From Branchiostoma lanceolatum (lineage: Eukaryota): DNA of 64,000 nucleotides. The stretch spans positions 25,291,081 to 25,355,080 of the forward strand of contig NC_089722.1 of NCBI RefSeq assembly GCF_035083965.1, given 5' to 3'. Within the stretch, counting starts at the first letter, position 1. Every line of letters starts with the position of its first letter. Below the pieces are notes generated by a model, which ran no database searches, was not told the origin of the DNA, and saw only the letters and a list, made by a program, of their open reading frames with translations. The translations under genes and the position numbers were made by a program. Positions 26,501 through 41,500 of the stretch are shown one piece after another.

Positions 26501-29500
26501 TTGGTGGGGAAGATTATATACCTTTTTTCATATGCCCCATTTTGCGTCCGCAGCCCCCCTTGGGGTACATGACAAGAAGGTAACAATCTTCCGCCATTAA
26601 CTTCTGTTTGGAAAGTGCCAAAATGTTACAAGACAACAACTTAAGCGTCCGGATCAGGTTCTTTGCTGATTAGTTTTGATAGACTCCCCATGAATACAAT
26701 GGAACAATCCGATGAACTCGTTCTCGAAACTCTCACAGATTTTTATTACCATAGTTAGATGTTTCCATCATGGTGAATTTACCTTTAAAGCGTCGTCAAG
26801 ATCCCACATGAAGACTCAATATACTCTATTCAGACCATATGTCTAATATCTGAAGCTAAACTGAGGTTACTCCAGCTCCCTGGTTACGTGGAGTCCTGGG
26901 AACGAGGGTGACCCCCGACCTTTCATGTCCACTGGCGCGAGGTGTGAAAACCGTTCGTCACACAAACATGCACACGAGCACATGTCGTGGCATGTTAGGA
27001 ACCGACGCGACAGGGAATGCACGTTGTATCGCCACAGCTCCTATCTGACGGTAAGTTTATGTTTATGTTTTGCTCGTAACTTTCTTTCTTTCTTTGTGAT
27101 ACCCTCTAACAACCCCAGGAGGGGTATCGCTGAGGGGTAACTAACTGCCTCCCTAACTGAACTAACTGTAACTGTGAACTGTTATTCAAGTCAAAGAAAC
27201 ATGGCCCGGCGCCATGATAGCCGCGGCGACTATTGGAGGGCTTTTTTTACTGCTAATATATAAGACTGCAAGACTAAAAAAAGCCCTCCAACAGTCGCCG
27301 CTAGCCTCTACCAGGCTCCGCGGATCGCTAGGAAAATAGTAGAAATCGGCAAATAGAGTGAAAAGTATGCCAAGGGAAGCTCAATAGGCGACCCACGGAG
27401 CTTCCCAGTATAGCGGAGTACCACCCGTACCGAGTACCCTTGGCATACTTTTCACTCTATTTGGCCGATTTCTACTATTTTCCCAGCGATCCGCGGAGCC
27501 TGGTAAAGTCGCCTCGGCGCCATGACGCATCATATATATGAGACGAAAATTAGACCAACTTGAGCAAGGATTTTTGAATAGATAGTACTGATGATACAAC
27601 TGCTGCCTTGCATACTAGTAGGTCATAAAACAAACAAAGAGATATATGTATTTTGTCCGTTAGACCTCACATCACACAGACAGCATGCATTATGTTAGGC
27701 GGATATAAAACCTGTTCCAAACCTTGAAGTTTTTGTTTAGTGAGAACCTGAATGTGTAACTTTACATCTTCTGTCTTGTACAGGTCACAAGCGCCATGTG
27801 TGCCTTATCTCCAGATAATTTGTGGGGGTGAAACGGAAAGGTTGGAATGTTCTAGACTCACAGCCAGGCTTCTGTGACAGCTGTTTACAGGTATGTACAA
27901 AACTGATATTTCAAAATACATCAAAACCGCATTCAGTTGTATGATAAAACCCTATATTTTGAGGTTGTTGTGTTGCGCCAAAATAATGGTCCCATCTACT
28001 ATATCAGCTACATATATACCAATGCTATTAGTTTTTATCTAACAAGTCGATGGCTCAGCTTGTAAATACCCTGCTTTGAAAAGATATCTGAAGAAAATGA
28101 GAACCAATAAAGAAATGTATGTCATGGCTCTTCAGATACTATTCTCTGAAACCTCCTGGCCATGTTGAAAAAAAAGCGGGTAAAGTAATCTTCCTCCTTG
28201 TTCTAAACTAGTAGAGGCTGTGGGGGATCTTGACAAGACAACAGAGAAATGAGCATCTCTCTATTCTGTTGTTGTTGTATATTCTGAGTAATTTTGTTCA
28301 CAGCGACTTGTTTTTTGTTTGTTATCTTTGATGTGAACCGTTGGTTAATGTAAGGTTAATGCCCTGTTGTTGATGAGAAATTTTGTAGGGAAAATACAGA
28401 AAACAGCCAAACAAGTCAACGCTTGTGTCAAGTGTCATAAACCTTACCAAAACAAAAGGAAACCTGGCATCTGCAGTTAGGGAGTTTTCACACCCACTGA
28501 CATGACCACCCATTGTGTTGTGTTTCTGTTCAGCAGACAAACTAGAAAAACCACATTTGACAGCAAATATAATACTTCAATCCATCACCCTTCCTATGTT
28601 GCTATAAAGGGACTGTTTTACTTTTATATCAATGTTTACTAGAAATGAAACATCCTGAAATGTTACTTCTACCCACAAAGGGACAGCCGACTACTACTAG
28701 TAAGTATTCCAACATCACCCCACTGGATTTTATGAATTTGTAGCCCCCATGCCAGGCCCATAAGTTTCCCGAGAAAAAAAGGCTACTTGAGTATCAAATA
28801 TATATGGCTATCTTGAGCTAGTCCAAAGTTGAAACTTTATTCAGTATTTACAACTTCGCAGGTTTTTTGTAAACCTGAATTGCGTTGCAAATTTACACAA
28901 ACAACAAGTCACCATTAGATAAGAAAATGAACCATCAAAACTACACAGAGGCAAATCACAATTGACACGGTCACAATAGATAAGTAAAATCTCTTTGAAG
29001 CACGCTTACCATAGTCACATTAGATATATAAAATCTTGTTGGCGATCATCGTGCAAATACTAAGCTAAAACATTAACAGATATAGCGATGATGGCAATCA
29101 ATGTAACCTTTTGGCTTATTGTTGCATCAAATTTAGAGTTCTGGGGAAGAAGGACTGTTCATGCCTCTTTGTACGGCTCAACGGCACTTTGTAGGCTGAA
29201 GTTTGTCTTAGAAAACATGCTGGATGAAGTTCTACAATGACGGGACAGACAAAATTTTCCAATTGTCTCAAAATTGTCACAGATTTGTGAATTGAATTGT
29301 CCCCTACTCAAAGAGTCTATCTCAGTTGACATTGGGACAATGTAAATTTCGATCAAACCATGGAACGACTACAAACTACTAGTACTGTAGTCAGTACTCT
29401 CCAAGGAGAGGAGAGGCTCCAGCTGGGACGGGGGTGTTTAAATGTTTGGTCAGTCTGTCTCGAACACGGTTAGTGTTCCCGCATATTTGCCGGTAGCATA

Positions 29501-32500
29501 AGTAAAGGAATATTCTACTTAGCAGAAGAAATAATTCCAACTAACACAGGCAAGCATTGGTGGAGGGGTCCCTCAGTCCCTGGGCTTGGGGTAGGTACTA
29601 ACACAGGCAAGCATTGGTGGAGGGGTCCCTCAGTCCCTGGGCTTGGGGTTAAGGTACTAACACAGGCAAGCATTTGTGGGTGGAGGGGTCCCTCTGTCCC
29701 TGTGCTTGGGGTACTGGTACTAACACAGGCAAGCATTGGCGCTGATGCTTAAACTAACGGCACATATGACGGTGATATCACATGTATGGAATGTTTTCCT
29801 CATATTTTCCAGATGTCTCAAAGATTCAATATTTGCCAACCCATCTTGTTTTACTATAGATACAGAGAGGAGAGGCAGCCTGCAGCGCGGCCCTGCAGTT
29901 ATTGTCCAAATCCACCAGGCGGACATCATCTCCGGTGATGGGGATGGACGACTTGACACACCTGTGGTAGCAGCTGCAACAGTATGTAATGAAATTTGGG
30001 TGAAGGAGATAACTAACATTATACAAATGTATACATTTTGGAAATGAGGAGCTTTTCTGCATGATAACATGCTATTATTCCTTAGTGGAACATGATAGGA
30101 ATAGAAGCTAAAGAAATAAACAAAATTGTCTACCTTCCTACGTTACTAGACCAGAGGCTGGCCCCTTGCTTCTCTCTGTCTGGTTTCTACAAGTTACATG
30201 GTTCATAATAGTAAGCCATAGCGTCTGCAGCGGGTAAGCTTAATCCTGTGTCTTTTACAATCTGGTCTAGAAGTTTAGATTTGTCCTTTTCCTTACATTT
30301 ATCTAGCATTTACATTGCATTCTAGAGGAAAAGCAGTGGAGCCACTCCAAAAGAAGAGACTGCTAGCTTCCCTATCAACAGAAGGGATACCAACATGGGA
30401 AATTCTCAAATGCAGCAACTCAGCATTTTCCTGACACAAGACTGGGCCAAAGAACTTGGCATTCCTTAAGTTAAGTGACACTTTTCCCTCAATGAACCCC
30501 TTTCTCAGGACTTTTTATCATTTGTAATTAACATAAAACTACTGTAATTTTTGTTTCTTTCACTGTTACTTTATGTTCACTGTTATTATTGTCACCTCTG
30601 TATTGTGAACTTATAATCATTATGGAAAACCTGTTGTGATTATTTATTATTCCTTCACACGTCCGTTCTGTGAAGTTAAAGTTCAGTGAAAATGTCCATT
30701 TTCCTTACACCCTGAAATTTTGCTACCGTGAAGATAAAGTGAATTACAGTAACTGCACTCTTACCATACTGAGCACTTCCAATTCACTGCACTCAAGCCA
30801 TTCTAAGCACCTGTAAGTCCCTACACTCCAGCAGTCTAAGCACATGTAAATCACATCAGCCACTCTAAGCACCTGTAAGTCACTCCAGCCATTGTAAGCA
30901 CCTGTAAGTCAGTCCAACCATTGTAAGCACCTGTAAGTCGATACAGCCACTCTAAGCACATGTAAGTCCCTCAGCCACTCTAAGCACTTGTACGTCACTG
31001 CAATCCAGTCACTTTAAGCACCAGTATCATTAATCTTTAGGGTGGTCCCTTCAGTTACTATGTAACTGATTTCCAAGGGAGCCCGTCCGGGTGAATGGTG
31101 TTAATAAACGTATGGCTGATACGAGACGGGGTTTCGCCAGGCTTCCATCTGGGTGATTTGTAGTGAATCACCAACTCCAGACAGAAGGATTTGGACCATC
31201 GCACACCAGGGCATGCCCCTACTCGTTTTACACCTGTCACTGCACTCCAGCCACTCTAAGCACCTGTAAGTCACTCCAGCCATTCTAAGCACCTGTAAGT
31301 CACTCCAGCCATTCTAAGCACCTGTAAGTCGCTCCAATCACTCTAAGCACCTGTAAGCCACACCAGTCACTCTAAGCACCTGTAAGTCACTCTAGCCATT
31401 CTAAGCACCTGTAAGTCGCTCCAATCACTCTAAGCACCTGTAAGCCACACCAGTCACTCTAAGCACCTGTAAGTCACTCTAGCCATTCCAAGCACTTGTA
31501 CCTCAATGTGCTCAGCCATTCTAAGCACCTCTGACTGCACCCAGGCCAATCTTAGCACCTCTTACTCACTTGTATCATCCTATGTAGTCTGGCCATTCTA
31601 ATCACTTTAGCTATTCAAACTCACTACACTCTGGCTGTTCTGATTACTTGGGTGTTTGGATGCATGATCGAATAAATGATTTGTTAGCCCCTGAGCAGAC
31701 GTAGGTGTTTGTATGCATGTTATGACAAATGATCTTTCCTCCAAGCAAACACAGGTGTTTGGCTTCTATTATTCTGATGAATGATGTTTTTACTCTGAGG
31801 AGTTACGGGTTTTTGGTTTCTAATGTTCTATTAGATAATTTTTCCCATCTTACCAGACACAGGTATTTAGTTTCTATTGTTCTTCTGATGAACAATATTT
31901 TTTTTCCTCCAAGCAGAAACATATGTTTGGCTACATGTAATGATGATATTGATTTTTTTATCCTCCAAGCAGATACGTTGGCTAATCTATTATTCTGATG
32001 AATGATATTTTCCCTCTCAGCAGACACAGGTATTATTCTGATGAATGAGTTTTTTTTCTCTTAGCAGACACAGGTGTTTGGCAGCATGTAATGATAAATA
32101 ATTTTATTCCTCCAAGCAGATACAGGCATTTGGCCTCTATTATTCTAATGAATCATTTATTTGCTTTCTGCTCCCGTGTGAAATCATGTGCACTTGCGCC
32201 AAATTGTGCTCTCGCAAGAGCAGATTCAAAATGGTGCCATAGTTTGGAAAGGAGTCTATCATATCAGTGCCAGATGTGAGGAAAAATGACAGAATATTTT
32301 TCAGACCTGGGCAGAACTGAGACTGGCCATGAGAAGATGGGATTTTCGTTGTCATACTTAAAGTACAACAAATGTAATGAAAGGAGATTACTAACATATG
32401 TATACATTTTGGAAATGAAGAGCTTGTCTGCATGATAACATGCTATTATTCCTTAGTGGAACATGATAGGAATAGAAACTAAAGAAATAAACAAAATTGT

Positions 32501-35500
32501 CTACCTTCCTACCATGCTTCCTACGTAACTAGACCAGAGGCTGACCCCTTGCTTCTCTCTGTCTGGTTTCTACAAGTTACATGGTTCATAATAGTAAGCC
32601 ATAGCGTCTGCAGCGGGTAAGCTTAATCCTGTGTCTTTTACAATCTGGTCTAGAAGTTTAGATTTGTCCTTTTCCTTACATTTATCTAGCATTTACATTG
32701 AATTCTAGAGGAAAAGCAGTGGAGCCACTCCAAGAGAAGAGACTGCTAGCTTCCCTATCAACAGAAGGGATACCAACATGGGAAATTCTCAAATGCAGCA
32801 ACTCAGCATTTTCCTGACACAAGACTGGGCCCAAGAACTTGGCATTCCTTAAGTTAAGTGACACTTTTCCCTCAATGAACCCCTTTCACAGGATTTACTG
32901 AAAACTGTTTATCATTTGTGATTTACTTCAAACTACTGTAATTCTTGTTTCTTTCACCGTAACTCTATGTTCCCTGTTATCACTGTCATCTCTGTATTGT
33001 GAACTTATCATCATCATGGAAAATCTGTTGTGATTATTGAAAATTTCTTCACACATCCGTTCTGTGAAGTTAAAGTTCAGTGAAAATGTCCATTTTCTTT
33101 ACAACGCCACTCCAGCAACTCTAAGCATCTATAAGTCACTTCACTCCAGCCTTTCAAAGCACCTGCAGCTGTAAGCCACTCCAGCCACTCTAAGCACCTG
33201 TAAGGCACTCCACTCCAGCCACTCTAAGCACCTGTCACTCCAGCCATTCTTAGAACATGTAAGTCACTGCACTAGCCACTCTAAGCACCTGTAAGCCACA
33301 CCAGTCACTCTAAGCACCTGTCACTCAAGTCATTCTAAGCACCTGTAAGTCATTCCAGCCACTCTAAGCACCTGTAAGTCACTCTAGCCATTCCAAGCAC
33401 TTGTACCTCAATGTGCTCAGCCATTCTAAGCACCTCTGACTGCACCCTGGCCAATCTTAGCACCTCTTACTCACTTGTATCATCCTATGTAGTCTGGCCA
33501 TTCTGATCACTTTTAGCTATTCAAACTCACTACACTCTGGCTGTTCTGATTACTTGGGTGTTTGGATGCATGATTGAATAAATGATTTGTTACCCCCTGA
33601 GCAGACGTAGGTGTTTGACTGCATTTTCTGACGAATAATATTTCCTCTGAGCAGACACAGGTATTTGGCTTCTATTATTCTGATGAATGATTTTTACTCT
33701 GAGCAGGTACATGTTTTTTTGTTTCTAATGTAGTAATTAATGATTTTTTCCTGTCTTAGCAGACACATACAGGTATTTAGTTTTTTATGTTCTGATGAAT
33801 GATTTTTTTCCTCCAAGGAAACATACATGTATGTTTGGCTGCATGTAATAATAATATCGATTTTTTTTATCCTCCAAGCAGATACTGGTATTTGGCTAAT
33901 CTATTTTTATTTTATTTTCCTCTGAGCAGACCTGGGTATTTGGCTGCATGTAATGATAAATCATTTTATTCCTCCAAGCAGATACAGGTATTTGGCTTCT
34001 ATTAATCTGATGAATGATTTTATTACTTTGAGCACACACAGGTATTTGCTTTCTGTTCTATTGATGAATGATTTTTTTCTCTGAGCAGACACATGTTTGG
34101 CTGCATGTAATGATACATTATTTTATTCCTCCAAGTAGATACAGGTATTTGGCTTCTATTATTCTGAAGAATGATTTTTTTATTTGAACGGACACAGGTA
34201 TTTGCTTTCTGTTCTACTGATGAATGATTTCATTCCTCCAAGCAAATACTAGTACAGGCTTCTATTATTCTGATGAATGATTTTTTCCTCTGAGCAGACA
34301 CAGATGTTTGGCTGCATATAATGATAAATGATTTTTTCCCTCCATGCAGATACAGGTATTTGTCTAATCTATTGTTCTTAGACTCATAAATTATTATTTT
34401 TTTCTTAGCAGACACAGGTATTTGGCTTCTATTATTCTGATGATGACTTTTTCCCTCTCATCAGACACAGGTGTTTGGCTTCTATTTTTCTGATGAATGA
34501 TTTTTTCCTCTTAGCAGACACAGGTGTTTGGCTTCTATTTTTCTGATGAATCATTTTTTCCTCTTAGCAGACACAGGTGTTTGGCTTCTATTATTCTGAT
34601 GAATCATTTTTTTCCTCTTAGCAGACACAGGTGTTTGGCTTCTATTATTCTGATGACTCATTTTTTCCCTCTCATCAGACAAAGGTGTTTGGCTTCTATT
34701 ATTCTGATGAATGATTTTTTCCTCTTAGCAGACACAGGTGTTTGGCTTCTATTATTCTGATGAATCATTTTTTTTCCTCTCACCAGATACAGGTATTTGG
34801 CTTCTATTATTCTGATGATGATATTTTTCCCTCTCAGCAGACACAGGTGTTTAGCTTCTATTATTCTGATGAATGTTTTTTTTTTCCTCTTAGCAGACAC
34901 AGGTGTTTGCCTTCTATTATTCTGATGAATGATTTTTTTCCTCTCAGCAGATACATGTGTTTGGCTTCTATTATTGTGATGAATGATTTTTTCCTCTTAG
35001 CAGACACAGGTGTTTGGCTTCTACTATTCTGATGAATCATTTTTTTCCTCTCAGCAGATACAGGTGTTTGGCTTCTATTATTCTGATGATGATATTTTTC
35101 CCTCTCAGCAGACACAGGTGTTTGGCTTCTATTATTCTGATGAATGTTTTTTTTTTCCTCTTAGCAGACACAGGTGTTTGCCTTCTATTATTCTGATGAA
35201 TGATTTTTTTCCTCTCAGCAGATACAGGTATTTGGCTTCTATTATTGTGATGAATGATTTTTTCCTCTTAGCAGACACAGGTGTTTGGCTTCTACTATTC
35301 TGATGAATCATTTTTTTTTCTCTCAGCAGATACAGGTGTTTGGCTTCTATTATTCTGATGAATGACTTTTTCCCTCTCAGCAGACACAGGTGTTTGGCTT
35401 CTATTATTCTGATGAATGATTTTTTTCCCTCTCAGCAGATACATGTGTTTGGCTTCTATTATTCTGATAAAATGATTTTTTTCCTCTTAGCAGATACAGG

Positions 35501-38500
35501 TGTTTGGCTTCTATTATTCTGATGAATGATTCTTTCCCTCTTAGCAGACATGGGTATTTTATTTCTGTTCTACTGATGAATGATTTTTTTCCTCTGAGCA
35601 GACACACCCTCACACACGTGTTTGGCTGCATGTGCTGATAAAGGATTTTTTTTCCTATAGCAGACACATGTGTTTGGCTTCTATTATTCTTTTGAATGTT
35701 TTTTTTCCTCTGAGCAGTAACCGGTTTTTGGTTTATATTGTCCTAATTAATGATTTCCCCCCCCCCTCCAAGAATACACGGGTATTTGGCTTCTATTGTT
35801 TTGATGAATGGTTTTTCCCATCTCAGCAGGTACAAGCGAATTGCACATTCTAATGAATAACTTTCTGTCAACTGTGCAGATTCTCTGGTTCTTTTGCTAA
35901 TGAACATTTTTTTTTGCCAGCCAAACGACATAAGGGGACAGTGACACAAGGATAGATGGTTGGTGTACACCCTTTCTCATCGGACATTAAGGTCTCATTC
36001 CTGTATTACTCCGAGTGGGTACCCTAAAAGAATATGTACCCCAAAATATTAACGACTGCATGAACGTGTGTTTAGATTGGTGGGAAAATTCCCTTTTAGC
36101 CACCCCAACTGATCTCAAGCATCAAACTGATAAAAGCTTGTTTGTAACTGAAGAAATTAGCAGGTAAAGTTTGGCAGCCATGCGCGATGTCGGACGTCCA
36201 CAGCCAGGCATTGTCGGGGATGCGGTCGTGCGCTTTCAGCTGGAAAGTGCCTTTTGGGGGGTGTACTAGTAGCTAAGTGCAGTGTGTAATTGCTATAAAA
36301 AGAGATTGTATGTAGTGAAACTGTTGCCAATTTTATTACATGATGTAGGGTACATGTGCTCAACATAGAATGAATGACCTTGGTGCATTTTCTATAGCTT
36401 CATTACGAACGCGCCCATATGTAAAACATGTTTTATAGCTATGGGGCGAAAAAACTCATGAATGAGACCTTGATAATGTGTTCATGTGTCTTTGAACAGG
36501 GTGAACCACCAACAAGGAGAGCGTTCATCGTTGTCAGGCTTGGAGAGGATATTGACAGCATCAGGTAATACTGCTGAAGGCATGGTTTGTATTTAGAAGC
36601 ACACCATCCACGCAAGACTTACCAGTTTGTTCAGATCAATGGGTTAATGCACCTTTCGTAAAGCATGTTCCACAATTGTTTGGGAGTACAGTACAGTATT
36701 GAATGTGAACTTGATAGATTGACAACTGAACGAAGAATACATGTGTACATGTGTATAATTCTGTATTATTGTTGAATTTCTTGTGTGTAGGACATGTGAA
36801 GAAGAAGAGGAGCCATGGCAGAGACAGCAGCTCAGATGTCAGCAGTCTGTCCAGTGTAGGTAACTTACTAACCAGTGTTCTCGCCAGGCCTTTTCAGCAT
36901 AGGGGCCCCCTATGCTGTGATTTGGACCCCCTATGCTGTGATCTGGACCCCTATGCTGTGTTTCAACCAGCATAGGGGTGTTTCTTTCTGGGACAAACCT
37001 TGTGACCCTTCATAAATCTTATAAAAAGTTCATATTTGGCTTTAGAATGAGGCTGTGACAGAGGAAAAAACTCTACTTCACAAAATTTATCCCTCAAAAT
37101 GCTTGTAATAATGTCTCATTGGGTCATGAATTTACAAATTTTCCGGGGGAACATGCCAGACTCCCTACTCTGGTCATGTCTTCAGCACTCCACGCATGAC
37201 TTGCACCGCTAAAGTTGGCCTTCTGTACCTGACCCCTATGCTGTGAAAAAATTCTGGTGAGAACACTGCTAACAGTAAATCTTCAAATTCCTGCAGTTGG
37301 CAAAATCATGACCCTGCGAATAATTGTGTTTTGTAATTGCAGTCTGCAGACCTATTTGAGCTTTTCATGAATAAATAAAGGTTCAAACTAACAAATAAAC
37401 TGAAAAATTGTTTGAGCCACGAACTACGAGCACTGCGGAAAGCTCCTTTACCCTCAAATCCCCTCAAAAATGAAATGAATTGTATATTTATAGTTTTGCC
37501 TGGTAGCCATCCTGGTGTACCTGTGCTGTACCGGTACTAAATCAGGTCAAGCCTGAGGATTACAGATCAGTGGAAGGCAACTTTGACAGATAGAATCACC
37601 ATGAATTACCGTGGCAGTGTACTGCAGTGTACTGTACTGTAGCACAGATTGAGCTTTAAATGTGCCTGAGTCAAATTTTCATCTTTATTTCAATACTGGA
37701 GTCATAGCTGACTATTGGTGAGGGTGATGGTCATTATAGATGCCATGTAATAGGCCCGTGTCTAGCAGAATTAAACATTATGTTGTTATCGGTTGTTTTT
37801 GTCCTTTAATCAACCATTACTTGAACATTTAATTTAGTAGTTCAGGGCCAGACCTGTACCTAAACCTGTGTACCTGTACCTAGAATTTGTTTAGGTACAC
37901 AGCTCTAACCAGGTGTTACATGTTATATCGTGAACAACCTTGGACAAACTTCAACTTGGCGACTTGACTTGAATTAAAAATTACATTTTCAATGTGTTTC
38001 TGGATACTTGTTTGTCAAATTATAGCCTTAGTAAATGTTTTTTCCACTTGCTTTGGGTCAAAATTAGACTTTCATCTTAGTCAAACATCCCATTGATACC
38101 CATACTTTTAAAGACTTGAAAAAAGGGCCCTTCCAAAAATGCGCTCTTAGGATATCTAGTCTGATGTTGAAAATAATGTTTATAGTGTTTGTGTGAATAT
38201 TTATTCATCAATTTCCACCCTTTAACAACTTAAGTCTTCTATTGCCTTGGCCCAAAAACTGACCTGGAACTTCAGCAATTATCCCATAAGAACCAGTACT
38301 TAAGGGATGATTCCCATCATACATCACACCCCATGGGTCTGCATGAAGGGGCACTACTCAATTCCTGGATTATAAATGGTTCATTTATTTGTTCATCTGT
38401 AAATAATTTTTACCAACTTGGTTGATTTTGTATTTATAAAGATGTGGTCTATTACAAATCACACCTGCTTCTGTTTTTTTCTGGGGTTGCCTATATGCAT

Positions 38501-41500
38501 GTATACATGCATCTGTCTGTACTGTATCTATAGCTGATGCCCAGCATGTACCTGCGAAGCTGGTGTGTTACGCTTACGAGTGGTTATACTGACTGTACAG
38601 ATACAGATACGGAACTGAGTAGTATCTTGATCAACATGCAAATTAAGATTTCTGATTCTAGATTCATAAGAAATTAATCCTTTTTTAAAGCACATTCATT
38701 TATGTATTTTACGCTTGTGTTTGCAGTGTCAGTGGTATGAAGGACCTAAGCTGAGGGATTTCCTGTTGGGATGTGAGCCTGAGAAGACTACTCTTCAAGC
38801 AGAGGTTGTAAGGGAGATCATGACTTAACTCAAGACTACTCTCCAAGTAGAGGTTGGAGGGGGGGAAATGCTATATTCTCCTGTTTACAGGTTCCAATCA
38901 CAAGAAGGTATAATCAGGCCTTTAGTTGAAAACCAAAGGAGACCAACTGCAGATTGAAAGTCTATCAACTACCAATCTAATCCAGATTTTTGAAGGAGTT
39001 GAGAAGAGTGCTGCCAGTAATGTAGTTACACTTTTAGCATGACACAAATGTGAAGCTTGAAGTCTAAATTTAATGAGATAAGATTAAGCGACAGATCTGT
39101 ATTTTATGTGGAAGATTCTAATGGAACACATAATTCACTACAAGCTGATAGTTTTGTTTATTAATCCAATCACAAGATCATTTTCCAGTGTCTGATGTTC
39201 ATATGACACACCAATTCCTCTAATCTGTGCCCATCAAGGCTTTAAAATGAATGGGTTCAGAAGCTTTATGACAGGATTTGCCAAACATTCAGAAAAATTA
39301 TAAATCAATCACTGCTGAACATTGGTGCACAAACACAAAGACATGTACTACAGAAATATAGAAAAGGCTCAAAAGTACCTCATAAAGCAATCTCTGGCAC
39401 AACTCTCACGTACTCTATCATCAAAGTGTTTGTATATTAGGACACAACAATTTGTTGTTTTTTCCTTCAAAAATTTGCTCACTCCATTGCTTTTCAATTG
39501 CATATTGTCCTTGTCTTCCTAGTTTCTACAGTTTCCCAAAATGTGTTGTCCATAGAAATGATATATTTGATGTGGTCGTAAATGGGTCTATCAAACTTTG
39601 ATTTATGGATTTTTGATTTTGACGCACCAGATTTTATTTGTACCCATTGTATGTTGTCCGCTTCCGTTCTACTGCCAAGCTGTAACACGTATTGTGATTA
39701 TTGCCTGTGCATATATTATACTGGGCCCCAATGGAAATCAGGTATCCTAGCTGTTTGGGCTACCCAGGAGTCTCAAGATGAAATAAATAAATAAATAAAT
39801 AAATAAACTGTTTTCTTATTTTGTCTTACCAGTTTCTCCCAGTTGTATGTCCGTTTAACTTTGTTTTCCTAAATAGTCTAAGAACAAAGAAATTAAATCA
39901 GTAAGACTGCAATCAGTTTTGTATAGTTATGGTTAATGCGTGGAAACAAGTGATGCGTTGTTTATCCCTACAGAGGTTATGAAATATACAGTATGTATGT
40001 GTATGTATGTGCTTCAAAGATTTGTATGTCATCTGACGTGCTTTGTATTTATTGAAGGGTCTATTTCTGATTGAATGAGTCTCTTGCTGCATTTCCTTGA
40101 TTCTCACTTTAGTAACTAGATACGGGCAAACATACATCAAAGCTTGGGATAGACAACGGTTAGTCGTTTTAAGTTGTATAAATACAAATGCCCTTCCCCC
40201 TCTCGGCCCGATAGGTTGATATTCAAGGTGACCTAAGTCAGGTCTAGTAGACACGACACGTCCAGTGTATCATTGGTATCAATACACATCTCTGTATGTA
40301 GGTGTGAAAGAGGTCCCCGTTGAGTTAATCCTCTACGCAGTTTAAGATAAGGAGTTAATCCTCGCAGGTTAAAAGCCCGACGCAGTGTAAAGCCCCAACG
40401 AAGTTTCAGTTCCGACGCAGGTTAAGTTCCGACGTACGTATTTTAAGAGTTCATCCATGTTTATATAGTTAACCCCATCCTGTCCCCTCCTAACTTAAGT
40501 CCTTTGAGTGGTTGCGGAATCCAGGTTTGACTCTACTTTGCGTTCGTAAATTATAACATTAAAAAAGGCTAATGTGTCCAATTAACGGAGATGTGCCTAA
40601 CTATAGTCGATTATTTGCGCCCTCCGGTGGCCTATAACCATTAGGTGTTAAGAAGGTGTGAAGTGAACGAGGTGCTACATGTAATTAGGCTCCCGTGGAG
40701 TTAATCCTCGACCGTTTTTTTAAGGTTCGGTTGCTGTTTTAAAAACTCGACTGTTGTTTTAAATACTCGACTGCTGTTTTAAAACTCGATTGCGATTTAA
40801 GAACTCGATTGCGGTGTCAAGGCCTCGGTTGCGATGTAGCGACTCGAATGTGATGTAAGGACTCGATTGCGATGTAAAGACTCGATTGCTGCGATATGTA
40901 AAGATAGCGATGTCGGTTGCAGTGTTATGATCGGTTGCGATGTAAGGTAAGTGTTGTCGTTAACGACAGCTAAATCGCGGTCGAAATCCAAACGCCGTCA
41001 TGGCAATGACATCGACTCTAGTTTTGACGCATCGCCGTGCAGCCTTGTTATCGAACCGAAAAAAGGACTTGTTAGACCGCCAACTTTACATTAGCCAATT
41101 TGTGTACAAATCTTTCAAGAAGAGAACAGAGACTCTGTAGATTTAGATGGAATTATTCATTTTATTTTACTTCATGTTACCTAATGCATTTAGCCCATGT
41201 TGGGCATGAATATGCAATAAAGCTCATTGTCATTGTCATTGTATAAACCACTTTAGACGACTCACTTGAAGAAGTGCCACTCCAGTTCCTCCGGTGACAT
41301 CTGACTGATTTGTTCCTCTGTCAGCTCCTGGACGTGCTCCTTCAGGTGACTGGTGGAAAACGTTAAGATGAACTTTGAAGTCATTATACACAATTAAACA
41401 GGCAATGTTCGTTTTCACGATTTCATTCTCTCTAAATATCAATGTTGAATCAACTTGAGTAGATAACAGACCAAGCTGCTGTTGTTCACACGCTATGCAC

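Noticed and set aside
34524-35667. Multiple 60-97 aa ORFs on both strands
   Set aside because: They lie entirely within the 54-bp satellite, and the periodic peptides ([17 protein letters not shown]...) merely reflect the repeat unit.
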